A program made the position numbers and the translations under genes. From IMG/VR virus record IMGVR_UViG_3300031553_000005, positions 1-49,222 of that record: a DNA stretch of 49,222 nucleotides, one strand, 5' to 3'. Shown here piece by piece: positions 7,493 to 15,708 of the stretch. The notes beneath the pieces were generated by a model, which had not been told where the DNA came from, ran no database searches, and saw nothing but the letters and a program-made list of their open reading frames with translations. Numbering within the stretch: the stretch's first letter is position 1; every line of letters starts with the position of its first letter. The DNA is from a virus.

Positions 7493-8625
7493 CCACGTCT
7501 GACCTCCATCTCGGTTTTCGCCAGTTCGCGGCTACCGAGGGAGGACGTAATGCGCGTGAACTCGACGTAGAGCACGCTTGGTACCACCTGGTCGATCGCG
7601 CCGTCGAGCTGCAGCCGGATCTCATCACGATTGCAGGCGACGTGTTTCATCATCCACGTTCCGGCTTCCACGCCGTCATGGCCTACCGGGACGGGATCCG
7701 GCGCATGCACCAGAAGACCAGGGCTACGATCGTCATCGTGCAGGGAAACCACGACGCGGTCCGGACCGCTGATGCCCTCTCGCCCATCGTGATCCCGAAC
7801 GACTACGAGCGGGTCCACATCCTCACCGAGCCCGGCCGGGTGTCCTTCGAGACCCAGGCGGGGGAGAAGGTCGCTGTCGCCTGCTTCCCCTTCGTGGGGA
7901 TGGGCGAGCCGAAGACCTACCGGCTCGAGCCCGATCCCGAGTTCAACGTCAACGTCCTGCTGCTCCATGCCGCGGTGAAGTCCTCGGAGAATCCCAAGGC
8001 CCTGCCGTGGTTCTACCAGGGGCCGCACTCGCTGGATGTGGGCCGGGAGGCGGAGCGCTGGGATGTGATCGCCTGCGGCGACTTCCACGAGTACACCCGT
8101 CTCCACCCGGAGCGGGCGGTCTTCTACTCCGGGTCGATCGAGCGGACCTCGAGCAACATCTGGGACGAGCACAAGCCGAAGGGATTCGTGGTCTGCGAGA
8201 CGAAGCTCACCGGGGAGGTCTCGGTCGAGTTCTGCGAGATTCCGACCCGGATGGTCTACGACGAGACCGCCGACGACGGCGACAGCGTCGAGTGTCTGAA
8301 CCTCGGTCTCGAATCCCGGCTTGCGGATCCGTCCACCAAGGACGCGATCACCCGCCTGAAGGTCGACGCCTTCCCCCGCTCCCAGCGGGACGCCATCGAC
8401 TGGTCCCTGGTCCGCCAGCTCAAGGCCCACTGCCTGCACTTCTACCTCGACCTGCGTTTCGCCACCGACGAGAGCGCGGAGATCTCCGACCGCCGGCAGG
8501 CCCGGAGCCTCCAGGAGGAGGCCACCGAGTTCCTGGCCGGCGAGGAGGAGGCGGTGCTGGAGTGCGCCCTGGGCTACCTGCAGCCCCCGATTGAGGATCT
8601 CGAACCCGAGGAGGTGGAGGCATGA
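7480..8625 (+). CDS. sbcD: SbcD/Mre11-family metallophosphoesterase nuclease
   Basis: Calcineurin-like motifs in order: SDLHLG, AGDVFH, GNHD, LLLHA, CGDFH. Confidence 0.9.
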   Translation: MRCLATSDLHLGFRQFAATEGGRNARELDVEHAWYHLVDRAVELQPDLITIAGDVFHHPRSGFHAVMAYRDGIRRMHQKTRATIVIVQGNHDAVRTADALSPIVIPNDYERVHILTEPGRVSFETQAGEKVAVACFPFVGMGEPKTYRLEPDPEFNVNVLLLHAAVKSSENPKALPWFYQGPHSLDVGREAERWDVIACGDFHEYTRLHPERAVFYSGSIERTSSNIWDEHKPKGFVVCETKLTGEVSVEFCEIPTRMVYDETADDGDSVECLNLGLESRLADPSTKDAITRLKVDAFPRSQRDAIDWSLVRQLKAHCLHFYLDLRFATDESAEISDRRQARSLQEEATEFLAGEEEAVLECALGYLQPPIEDLEPEEVEA

Positions 8626-8924
8626 GCAAGGTCAAGTTCGCTGGGTTCACGCCCGAGGAGATGGGGCACGTCGACAAGATCACCACCCGCGCGATCCCGC
8701 TTTTCGCGAAGGTCGGCGTCCACGTCGACCGGCTTGACGTCGTGATGGACCTGGCGGCTACGCACAAGACATGCCCGCTCGACCTCGCTGCTATGGCAGA
8801 CGGCCGGGAAGAAGACTTCGCCCACGACATCGGCGGAATCCGCCGCCACCTCAACCGGATCACGGGAGAGCTCGAAGACTGCTTCGTACCTCGGTTCGCC
8901 CGCCGCACGGCGGTGCCGGTATGA
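8622..8924 (+). CDS. Conserved-looking hypothetical protein inserted between sbcD and sbcC
   Basis: 100 aa; ATGA overlaps at both ends (8622 and 8921). Confidence 0.6.
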   Translation: MSKVKFAGFTPEEMGHVDKITTRAIPLFAKVGVHVDRLDVVMDLAATHKTCPLDLAAMADGREEDFAHDIGGIRRHLNRITGELEDCFVPRFARRTAVPV

Positions 8925-11368
8925 AGCTCATCGACCTGCACCTGAAAAGCTTCCGCCAGCACCGGGATTCCTACATCCGCTTCCCCGAGGAAGGCCTGAT
9001 CGGGATCCTCGGCCCCAACGAGGGGGGCAAGTCCACCGTGCTGGAGGGGATCACCTTCGCCCTCTACGGCGCACCGGCCACCCGGGGCACCGTCGGCTCC
9101 ATCCGCTCCAACAGGGCGGTGGGCAGCGAGCAGGCCTCGGTGGAGCTGCGCTTCGAAGTGGGCGGGAAGACCTACCGGATCCGCCGGACCCAGAAGCAGG
9201 CCTGGATGTGGGAGGGTGAGGAGCAGATCGCCCGCTCCATCTCCGGGGTTAACTCCCGGGCCGCTCGCATCGTGGGGATGACTCTGGAGGAGTTCCAGTC
9301 GACCTACCTGGCAACTCAGAAGGATCTGGGCCGGCTGAAGTCCCTGGGGGGCGTGGAGCGCAGGCAGTTCGTGCTGGGGGTGGTAGGACTGCGCCGGGTC
9401 GACGAGGCGCTGCGGGCCTGCCGGGCCCGCAAGAACACCCTGGCCACCGAGCGGGAAGGCCTGGAGGCCGGCCTGGGGCCGCGTGAGCCGCTCGAGCAGA
9501 CGGTGGCAGAGGCTTCCGATGGGATCGAGAAGGCACTGGCGGCTGCTGGGGATGCCAACGACAGACTGGATGAAGCTACCGGGATTGCAGGTGATGCGAA
9601 CGACCGGCTCGCCGAGTCCACAACCCGCAAGGAGAAGTACGAGACCCTCCGTCGGCAGCAGGAGCAGGCCGGCCGGGACCAGAGCACCGCGCTCGAGGAA
9701 CTGAAGACTCTCGGCGAGCGCATCGCCCGGGCCGGGGAAGCTGTTGAGCGGATCGCCGATGCCGAGGCCCAACTGGCAGCCCTACCCGAGCTGCGGGAGC
9801 GCTATGTCGAAGGCAAGGAGGCCAAGGCCCGGGCGGAGGAGCGGAGGCGCCTGGTCCACCAGGTGGGCACCCTGGCCCAGGAGCTCGAGCAGATGCAGGG
9901 CCGGATCACCGAGCTGCGCACCCAGCTGGGGGAGGAGCCGGCCGCGGCCGACACCCTCCAGGCCCAGCTCGCCAGTCTCCAGGCCCGGCTCGAGAAGCTC
10001 AAGTCCGAACGACTCGAGCAGATCGCCCTGGCCAAGTCCAGTGCCGAGGTCGCCCTGGCCGAGGCCGAGAAGGCGGCTGCCAAAGCCTCCAAGATCGAGA
10101 AGCTGGGCACCGAGGGGGAGTGCCCGACCTGCACCCGGCCCCTGGGGGAGCACTACCGCCCCGTCCTGGAGGGTCTGCGCGAGATCGAGCGAACCCACCT
10201 GGCCGACCACAAGGATCTGGCCGGCAAGGCCCGCGAGCTCTCCATGGTGCCCGACATCGAGATGGACCTGGACCTCGAGCTCGGTCAGCTCCGCAAGCAG
10301 CTGGAAGAGGCGCAGTTGGCGGCCGAGCGTCACCGGACCGCCACGACACGCATCACCGAGATCGAGGCCGAGATCTCCCGGCGGACCGAGCAGAAGGCCG
10401 AGGTGGAGAAGACCCTGGCTGGGATCCCCAAAGCCCAGGTGGACGAGGAGGTCCTTAAGCACCAGGCGGCGCGCATCACCCAGCTGGAGGAGCTGGAACG
10501 CCGCACCGCCCAGGATCGGGCCACCGCGGCCACCCTGGAGGCCCTGGAGCAGGACCGGGCCCGGGCGGAGGAGAAACGGGCCCGGGCGGAAGCCGCTATC
10601 AACGAGCTCGATGAGGCCATCACCGGGACCGGCTTCAGCCCGATTGCCCACCAGGACCTGGTCACACAGGCCGAGTCCGCCCGCAGGAGCCACGAGGAGG
10701 CCAAGCTGGCCCAGGTGAGGGCCGAGGAGGCGCTCAAGGCCGCCCAGGAGGCCCACAGGCGCGCCAGGAAGGCCCTGGAGGACTGGGACGGCCGGGCAGG
10801 GCGCCTGCACGAGGTGGCCGAGGACCTGCGGATCCACGAGCGGACCGCGGCCCGTCTGAACGACTTCCGGACCGCCATGGCCTCCTCGATCCGGCCCGAG
10901 CTCGAGGAACTGGTCAGCGCCTTCGTCCACACGCTCACCGACGGCCGGCACGAGTCGGTCACCCTCACCGAGGACTTCGAAGTGGTCCTGCAGGAGGGAG
11001 GCACCGACGTCGAGGTCGTCTCCGGAGGGGCTGAGGACGTCACCAGCCTGGCCCTGCGCCTGGCAATCAGCCACCTGATCGCCTCCCGGGCCGGGCATCC
11101 CCTGAGCCTGCTGATCCTGGACGAGCCCTTCGGGAGCCTGGACGAGGTGCGTCGACGTAACGTGGTCGACCTGCTGCAGCACCTGCGCGGGGTCTTCGCC
11201 CAGGTCCTGGTCATCTCCCACGTCGAGGACACCAAGGACGCGGTCGACTACGCCCTGCACGTGGACTTCGACGAGGGGCGGGGGACCAGCGTGATCACGC
11301 CCAGCTGGGACATGCAGGGGCAGGAGACGGAGACAGAGCAGGTCGAGGCTGAGTTGGCCACAGCCTGA
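8921..11368 (+). CDS. sbcC: SbcC/Rad50-family SMC-like ATPase with zinc hook
   Basis: Start MKLIDLHLKSF. Walker A GPNEGGKST. Long Ala/Glu/Arg coiled coil with a central CPTC hook (10121..10132). Signature SGGAEDVTSLALRLA, Walker B LLILDEPFGSLD, and ISHV. Confidence 0.9.
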   Translation: MKLIDLHLKSFRQHRDSYIRFPEEGLIGILGPNEGGKSTVLEGITFALYGAPATRGTVGSIRSNRAVGSEQASVELRFEVGGKTYRIRRTQKQAWMWEGEEQIARSISGVNSRAARIVGMTLEEFQSTYLATQKDLGRLKSLGGVERRQFVLGVVGLRRVDEALRACRARKNTLATEREGLEAGLGPREPLEQTVAEASDGIEKALAAAGDANDRLDEATGIAGDANDRLAESTTRKEKYETLRRQQEQAGRDQSTALEELKTLGERIARAGEAVERIADAEAQLAALPELRERYVEGKEAKARAEERRRLVHQVGTLAQELEQMQGRITELRTQLGEEPAAADTLQAQLASLQARLEKLKSERLEQIALAKSSAEVALAEAEKAAAKASKIEKLGTEGECPTCTRPLGEHYRPVLEGLREIERTHLADHKDLAGKARELSMVPDIEMDLDLELGQLRKQLEEAQLAAERHRTATTRITEIEAEISRRTEQKAEVEKTLAGIPKAQVDEEVLKHQAARITQLEELERRTAQDRATAATLEALEQDRARAEEKRARAEAAINELDEAITGTGFSPIAHQDLVTQAESARRSHEEAKLAQVRAEEALKAAQEAHRRARKALEDWDGRAGRLHEVAEDLRIHERTAARLNDFRTAMASSIRPELEELVSAFVHTLTDGRHESVTLTEDFEVVLQEGGTDVEVVSGGAEDVTSLALRLAISHLIASRAGHPLSLLILDEPFGSLDEVRRRNVVDLLQHLRGVFAQVLVISHVEDTKDAVDYALHVDFDEGRGTSVITPSWDMQGQETETEQVEAELATA

Positions 11369-11937
11369 GAGAGCAGGGGGCGATGCAGAGCGGATCACTG
11401 GACAGGATCGGGAAACTTCCCGCGCCGATGCCTGAGGGCTCAGGGCGGCAGAAAACCGGCCTGTGGGCTGACACACCCGCAGGTAAACCCGTCCGCCGCC
11501 ATGACGTATCGCCCCCGATGAGCAGCGAGGGGCGGGGAGATGGCACCCGAAGCAAGGAGGGGAGCGATGCACCTATGAGAGAGCCCCGTCCCTCCAAGGA
11601 ACTTCGCACCGTGGCAGCGCGGAAAGCAGACGTGCGGGACATACGGCGGACCCGTCAGAGCGAGCCCATACGACCCATGCTGGCGGGAGACAGCCTTCGA
11701 TGCCGTATCAAGTGGGCAGCCGGAGTAGCGCCCGGCCCACGGTGCGAACTGAACATGGAGGAGGCACCCAGCGCTGGGACTCTGGGGTCCGGCAAGGACA
11801 GCGCAAGGGGCTACAAGTACGCTCCCTCCACTATTCACGCGGGGTCGTCCGAACCATCACGACTCCCGAGGCCCGCAGTTACCCACTGTCCGGCCTGGGT
11901 CCCCACGGGCGGCCCCGCACTATTGATGAGGAGTGAC
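11369..11937 (+). other. About 570 bp with no convincing coding signal (candidate structured RNA, origin or decayed gene)
   Basis: The only long + ORF (11383..) translates to a P/S/G/R-rich sequence with many codons rare elsewhere in the phage (ata, aga, cta, ttg, tca, cga, gta). A proper GAGGAG-N6-ATG start appears only at 11938. Several + strand hairpins need G-U pairs. Confidence 0.4.
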
Positions 11938-12123
11938 ATGCCAGAGGAAACCGACAGGTCCGCTCCGTGTGTCTGCGGGCATCCACGGTGGATGCACTCC
12001 ACCGGGGACTACCTGCACAGCCCATTCGGTGATGCGCCACTGACCGATGGACCGTGCGGTGGCATGAACAAGGAGGACACCGGCACCTGTTCCTGTCAGC
12101 GATTCGTTCCGGCTGACCGATGA
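11938..12123 (+). CDS. Small Cys/His-rich (zinc-binding-like) protein
   Basis: GAGGAG 6 nt upstream of the ATG; 61 aa with CVCGH...H...CGG...CSC. Confidence 0.55.
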   Translation: MPEETDRSAPCVCGHPRWMHSTGDYLHSPFGDAPLTDGPCGGMNKEDTGTCSCQRFVPADR

Positions 12124-12284
12124 AGCGCGTCTGCTGCATCTGCGGAGCCCACTTCGGCGACAAGCCGCCCCTGGACAGTGATGAGGAGACCGGGGGCATC
12201 TGCCCGAAGTGCGAGCCCGCCGAGCGGGAGCGCGTGAGAAAGGAGATCGCCGAGCATGACCGACTCACGGCACGGATGGGGTGA
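12120..12284 (+). CDS. Zn-ribbon mini-protein (54 aa), not in supplied ORF track
   Basis: ATGA overlap; MKRVCCICGAHF...GGICPKCEPAE (CxxC...CxxC). Confidence 0.5.
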   Translation: MKRVCCICGAHFGDKPPLDSDEETGGICPKCEPAERERVRKEIAEHDRLTARMG

Positions 12285-12393
12285 AGTCCTGCTGAGCGAC
12301 GGGTTCCACCGGGTGCTGTTGCTGGTCTGCGCGGTGCTGGGGCTGATCGTGCTGATCTACCAGCTCGGTCTGCCGAGAGGGTGGTGGGGATGA
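12256..12393 (+). CDS. Single-TM mini-protein (45 aa), not in supplied ORF track
   Basis: AGGAG upstream; FHRVLLLVCAVLGLIVLIYQL; its stop overlaps the next ATG (ATGA). Confidence 0.4.
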   Translation: MTDSRHGWGEVLLSDGFHRVLLLVCAVLGLIVLIYQLGLPRGWWG

Positions 12394-12596
12394 GCGATAC
12401 GAGATACAGCACGGTCGGTGGTGAAGTCTGCCGAGAGTGCGGGCGTCGGTTCAAGATGGTGTGGAGCGCACCGGATGACGTCTGGGAGCGGGTTGTCGGT
12501 GATGAGGACGGTAGCCTTTGCCCGGACTGCTTCGACCGATTGGCGGCCTTCAAAAATGTGCCGATTCGTTGGCTGTGTATGGGGACTGACCAGTGA
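12390..12596 (+). CDS. Zn-ribbon protein
   Basis: MSDTRYSTVGGEVCRECGRRF...SLCPDCFDRL (CxxC...CxxC); ATGA coupled. Confidence 0.55.
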   Translation: MSDTRYSTVGGEVCRECGRRFKMVWSAPDDVWERVVGDEDGSLCPDCFDRLAAFKNVPIRWLCMGTDQ

Positions 12597-12817
12597 CCCG
12601 CCTACTCCGCTTCCTATCTCCCCTGGCTTGGTCGAGTGGATTCCGCTGGGGGTTCAAGCTCGGCCGCCTCGCCGTCGAGATCCGGCTGGCCTACGAATAC
12701 AAGCGCCTCCGGTATGCCCCCCGCAGGACGAGGGAGGCGACCCGGGACGCCACGATGCACTTCGCCCCCGAGCGGTCGAGGCTGCTCAAGGAGATGGGGA
12801 TCGATGCAGAGGACTGA
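12593..12817 (+). CDS. Hypothetical basic protein
   Basis: GTGA overlap with previous stop; 74 aa. Confidence 0.45.
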   Translation: MTRLLRFLSPLAWSSGFRWGFKLGRLAVEIRLAYEYKRLRYAPRRTREATRDATMHFAPERSRLLKEMGIDAED

Positions 12818-12845
12818 GCCGGTACGTCGGCCGACCCCGGGAGGT

Positions 12846-13046
12846 ATGGGACGCCGTGTCACGATGATGGCAGGTCTACTCGCCCTGATCGGGGCTGGGA
12901 CCTTCAGCAATCCGACGGGTGGCAGCGGCCACGCTGAGGGCCGCACAGGCAAACTCCCGAAGGCGGCGGCCCGCCGCCGGCGCCGCAACAAGATCGCTCG
13001 GGCGTCCCGGACCTACAACCGGATGGCGGCGAAAGGGAAGCGATGA
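12846..13046 (+). CDS. Small protein with N-terminal hydrophobic segment and Arg/Lys-rich tail
   Basis: GGGAGG upstream of the ATG; MGRRVTMMAGLLALIGAGTF...KAAARRRRRNKIARASR. Confidence 0.45.
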   Translation: MGRRVTMMAGLLALIGAGTFSNPTGGSGHAEGRTGKLPKAAARRRRRNKIARASRTYNRMAAKGKR

Positions 13047-13300
13047 TGCCCGGAACCGAGTCCATCCCCGATCGGTTGGCACATATCAAGGCGCGGGTCG
13101 AATACAACCTTGGCCTGTCACCAGAGGACGCCCGCTTCATCAACGACCTGCTCTGGCGATACAAGAAGGCGCTGGAGGGCCTGACTCCAGGTGGCTCCGA
13201 GTTCGTCAACGACCCCGAGCGATGCGCTGAGTTTGTCCGCGAACGAAGCCGGGGCCTAATCCGCGCGATGGCAGAGCAGAAGCGGAGGTTGGCCCGATGA
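13043..13300 (+). CDS. Hypothetical protein
   Basis: ATGA coupled; 85 aa, helical-looking. Confidence 0.5.
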   Translation: MMPGTESIPDRLAHIKARVEYNLGLSPEDARFINDLLWRYKKALEGLTPGGSEFVNDPERCAEFVRERSRGLIRAMAEQKRRLAR

Positions 13301-13533
13301 CCACGACCCATCTCCGCGGCCACAGGGTGATCTGGACTCACGATAACCCGGTCTGGCGGTATGAGGACACCGGCGAACCCATCGGTGACGGAGATCGGCC
13401 TTGCAAGCACTGTGGATGGCCGCCCACGGCAGAGGGCGATGACGCCTGTCTAGGGCACATCCCTGGAGCTGCTTCTGCCTGCTGTGGACATGGGGTGGCT
13501 CTGTCTTTCGTGGTATGGGAGGGAAGGTCATGA
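13297..13533 (+). CDS. Cys-rich protein with ACCGHG motif
   Basis: ATGA coupled; ...CKHCGWPP...DACLGHIPGAASACCGHGV...; motif shared with 17271..17519. Confidence 0.5.
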   Translation: MTTTHLRGHRVIWTHDNPVWRYEDTGEPIGDGDRPCKHCGWPPTAEGDDACLGHIPGAASACCGHGVALSFVVWEGRS

Positions 13534-13799
13534 CCGACCACCAGCGCCAGCTCGCCCGCGAATGTGTGGACGCCGCGATCCGCTGGTGGGGAGAGCTGGG
13601 AGCCTTCCCGGCCCGGTACCCACGGCTGCGCCGGAGGATCGGCCTCATCGCCGGCCGGCGGGAGCTGGATCCGGACTGGGCCGAGCGCCTCCGCAACGTC
13701 TCCTCCCTGGCCGAACTCCATGAGCTGCGGGAGGAGCTCTTTCACGGGCCCGCGGACGATGGCACTCCCGCGGCCGAGAGCGCCAAGAGAGACTCATGA
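13530..13799 (+). CDS. Hypothetical protein
   Basis: ATGA coupled at both ends; 89 aa. Confidence 0.5.
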   Translation: MTDHQRQLARECVDAAIRWWGELGAFPARYPRLRRRIGLIAGRRELDPDWAERLRNVSSLAELHELREELFHGPADDGTPAAESAKRDS

Positions 13800-13945
13800 T
13801 CGAGTACTTCCTGTTCCTCGGCGCGGTGTTCCTGGCCTTCCTGTTCTTCGGCCTGGGCTTCGCCTACATGCTGTTCCGCCTGCTCTGCCGCTGGCTGGAT
13901 CGGAACGACCTGGTGATCAGCAAGAAGGGATGGAAGGAGCGATGA
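13796..13945 (+). CDS. Single-TM mini-protein (49 aa), not in supplied ORF track
   Basis: MIEYFLFLGAVFLAFLFFGLGFAYMLFRLLC...; ATGA coupled at both ends. Confidence 0.45.
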   Translation: MIEYFLFLGAVFLAFLFFGLGFAYMLFRLLCRWLDRNDLVISKKGWKER

Positions 13946-14037
13946 TCCACGACCTGCTCGCCCTGCTCTGCGCCCTGCTGGTCCTGGCCTATGGACTCTG
14001 GAGTATCGGGCGCATCGCCAGGAGACGACGGCCGTGA
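13942..14037 (+). CDS. Single-TM mini-protein (31 aa), not in supplied ORF track
   Basis: MIHDLLALLCALLVLAYGLWSIGRIARRRRP; ATGA and GTGA coupled. Confidence 0.4.
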   Translation: MIHDLLALLCALLVLAYGLWSIGRIARRRRP

Positions 14038-14321
14038 CCGCCCAGCTCTCCATGACGCTCCCGGAGCGACAGGTGCGACCGGGGTCGAATCCGAACTGGA
14101 GTCCGGAGGGAGAGCGGTCGGCCTGCTTCTGGCTCTTCTATCGCAACTACGGCCACAACGTGCCGCTCCCGATCATCCAGCTGGAGGTCTCCGAGAACAA
14201 GTACACCCAGCGGATCAGCGAGGTACGGGCGTGGATCCGCCCCCAGGGTCACGACATCAAGTGGAACCGCGACAACAACGATCCCGCCTACATGATGTGC
14301 CCACTGACGGAGGCACCATGA
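14034..14321 (+). CDS. Hypothetical protein (possible winged-helix DNA-binding)
   Basis: GTGA start overlap; YTQRISEVRAWIRPQGHDI resembles wHTH recognition segments. Confidence 0.4.
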   Translation: MTAQLSMTLPERQVRPGSNPNWSPEGERSACFWLFYRNYGHNVPLPIIQLEVSENKYTQRISEVRAWIRPQGHDIKWNRDNNDPAYMMCPLTEAP

Positions 14322-15013
14322 AAGAGCACCCCATCATCTTCAGTGGTCCGATGGTCCGGGCCATCTTGGAAGGCCGGAAGACACAGACGCGGCGGGTGGT
14401 GAAGTTACCCGGCCGGATGGAAGTGGCCGCCCTGGCAACGCCGGATGAATGGAACGCCGGCCGCGCAGACTCGCGGATGCGAACATGGCACGACTGGAAT
14501 GACGAATCCAAGGCCCGATATCACCTGGTTCGCCTGGGCACGGGCGGCGTGGCTGGCATCCCCTGCCCATACGGCATCCCGGGCGACCGGCTGTGGGTGC
14601 GGGAAACGTGGTGCCAGCCGACAACCCAGCACCTAAACCTGACCCATCCAGCGCGAGCCCACCAGGTACTGTATGCAGCGGATGACGGACGGGAACGCCA
14701 TGAAAACCTAATGAACTGGTATCAGCGCAACCGGGACTTCAAGTGGCGTCCCTCCATTCACATGCCACGCTGGGCCAGCCGGATCACCCTGGAAGTCACT
14801 GGTGTCCAGGTGCAGCGACTGCGGGAAATCAGCGACCAGGACGCGAAGGCCGAAGGATGCCCCGGCGAGTTCTGGAAAGATGGCACCATGACGCTTTCGC
14901 CGATCGCGCAGTTCCTTCGTCTATGGGATTCCCTGAACGGGAAGAAGCCCGGCCACGACTGGGCATCGAACCCCTGGGTATGGGTTATCGGGTTCAGAGT
15001 GGTGAAGGAATGA
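14318..15013 (+). CDS. ASCH/PUA-like domain protein common in phages
   Basis: MKEHPIIFSGPMVRAILEGRKTQTRRV, GDRLWVRETW, PSIHMPRWASRITLEVTGVQVQRLREISDQDAKAEG, NPWVWVIGF. Confidence 0.65.
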   Translation: MKEHPIIFSGPMVRAILEGRKTQTRRVVKLPGRMEVAALATPDEWNAGRADSRMRTWHDWNDESKARYHLVRLGTGGVAGIPCPYGIPGDRLWVRETWCQPTTQHLNLTHPARAHQVLYAADDGRERHENLMNWYQRNRDFKWRPSIHMPRWASRITLEVTGVQVQRLREISDQDAKAEGCPGEFWKDGTMTLSPIAQFLRLWDSLNGKKPGHDWASNPWVWVIGFRVVKE

Positions 15014-15348
15014 GCGACTCCCTGGCCATCCTCCGCACCCGCCACGACTCCGAAGAGGTGAAGCTGGAGTCTACCTATCGGCTGGAGTTCGTCGAGGCCC
15101 TGAAGGCCGCTGTGCCGCACACGGACCGAGAGGCGGTCTACGAGCCGTGGGATGAGGTTGTCGAGGGTCTCAAGAAGTTCAAGCACTGGACCTTCCGCGC
15201 CTTCTGGTGGGACCGGGTCGTCGCCCTGGTGCGGGACCACTACTTCGAGGCCTACCACGAGCACACCAACGAGGCCGGGGAGGTCGAGAAGACGGACCTG
15301 ATCACCGGGGCCAGGTTGGGCATGTTCACCACGCACGAGCAGGAGTAG
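15010..15348 (+). CDS. Hypothetical protein
   Basis: ATGA coupled; 112 aa. Confidence 0.5.
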   Translation: MSDSLAILRTRHDSEEVKLESTYRLEFVEALKAAVPHTDREAVYEPWDEVVEGLKKFKHWTFRAFWWDRVVALVRDHYFEAYHEHTNEAGEVEKTDLITGARLGMFTTHEQE

Positions 15349-15351
15349 GGG

Positions 15352-15708
15352 ATGGCCAAGGAGAAGGCGCCGGCATTCCAGGTCTACCCCCGAGAGTTCG
15401 AGGGCGACGAGAACGTCAAGGCGATGACCCTGGAGGAGTTCGGGGCCTACCACCGGCTCCTGTATGTCAGCTGGTTCGAGGTGGGGATACCGGACGACCT
15501 GGATCTACTCGCCCGCATCCTCCATGTCACGCCGGCCAAGATGAAGAAGCTCTGGGTCCGCCTCGCCCCATGCTGGAAGTCGAACAGCCAAGGGAGGCTC
15601 GTCAATAAGCGGCAGGAGCGGGAGCGGGACAAGCAGCGAAGGTATCGGGAACACCAATCCAAGGCCGGAAAGAAGGGGGCCGCAAGTCTCCATGACAAAC
15701 GAAGATAG
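15352..15708 (+). CDS. DUF1376 (YdaU-like) replication-associated protein
   Basis: FQVYPREFEGDENVKAMTLEEFGAYHRLLYVSWFEVGIPDD matches the DUF1376 N-terminal pattern as I recall it. Confidence 0.6.
   Translation: MAKEKAPAFQVYPREFEGDENVKAMTLEEFGAYHRLLYVSWFEVGIPDDLDLLARILHVTPAKMKKLWVRLAPCWKSNSQGRLVNKRQERERDKQRRYREHQSKAGKKGAASLHDKRR

Noticed and set aside
9782-11572. 596-aa minus-strand ORF (also 8420..9772, 10330..11235)
   Set aside because: It is the antisense of sbcC. High GC suppresses stop codons, and the translations are Gly/Pro/Leu/Arg-rich with no motifs, whereas the + frame has complete SMC/Rad50 motifs.
11383-12123. Single 246-aa ORF spanning the gap after sbcC
   Set aside because: The first ~185 codons give a disordered P/S/G/R-rich peptide with atypical codon usage. 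A strong GAGGAG-ATG start at 11938 defines a plausible 61-aa Cys/His protein in the same frame. I treat only 11938..12123 as coding.
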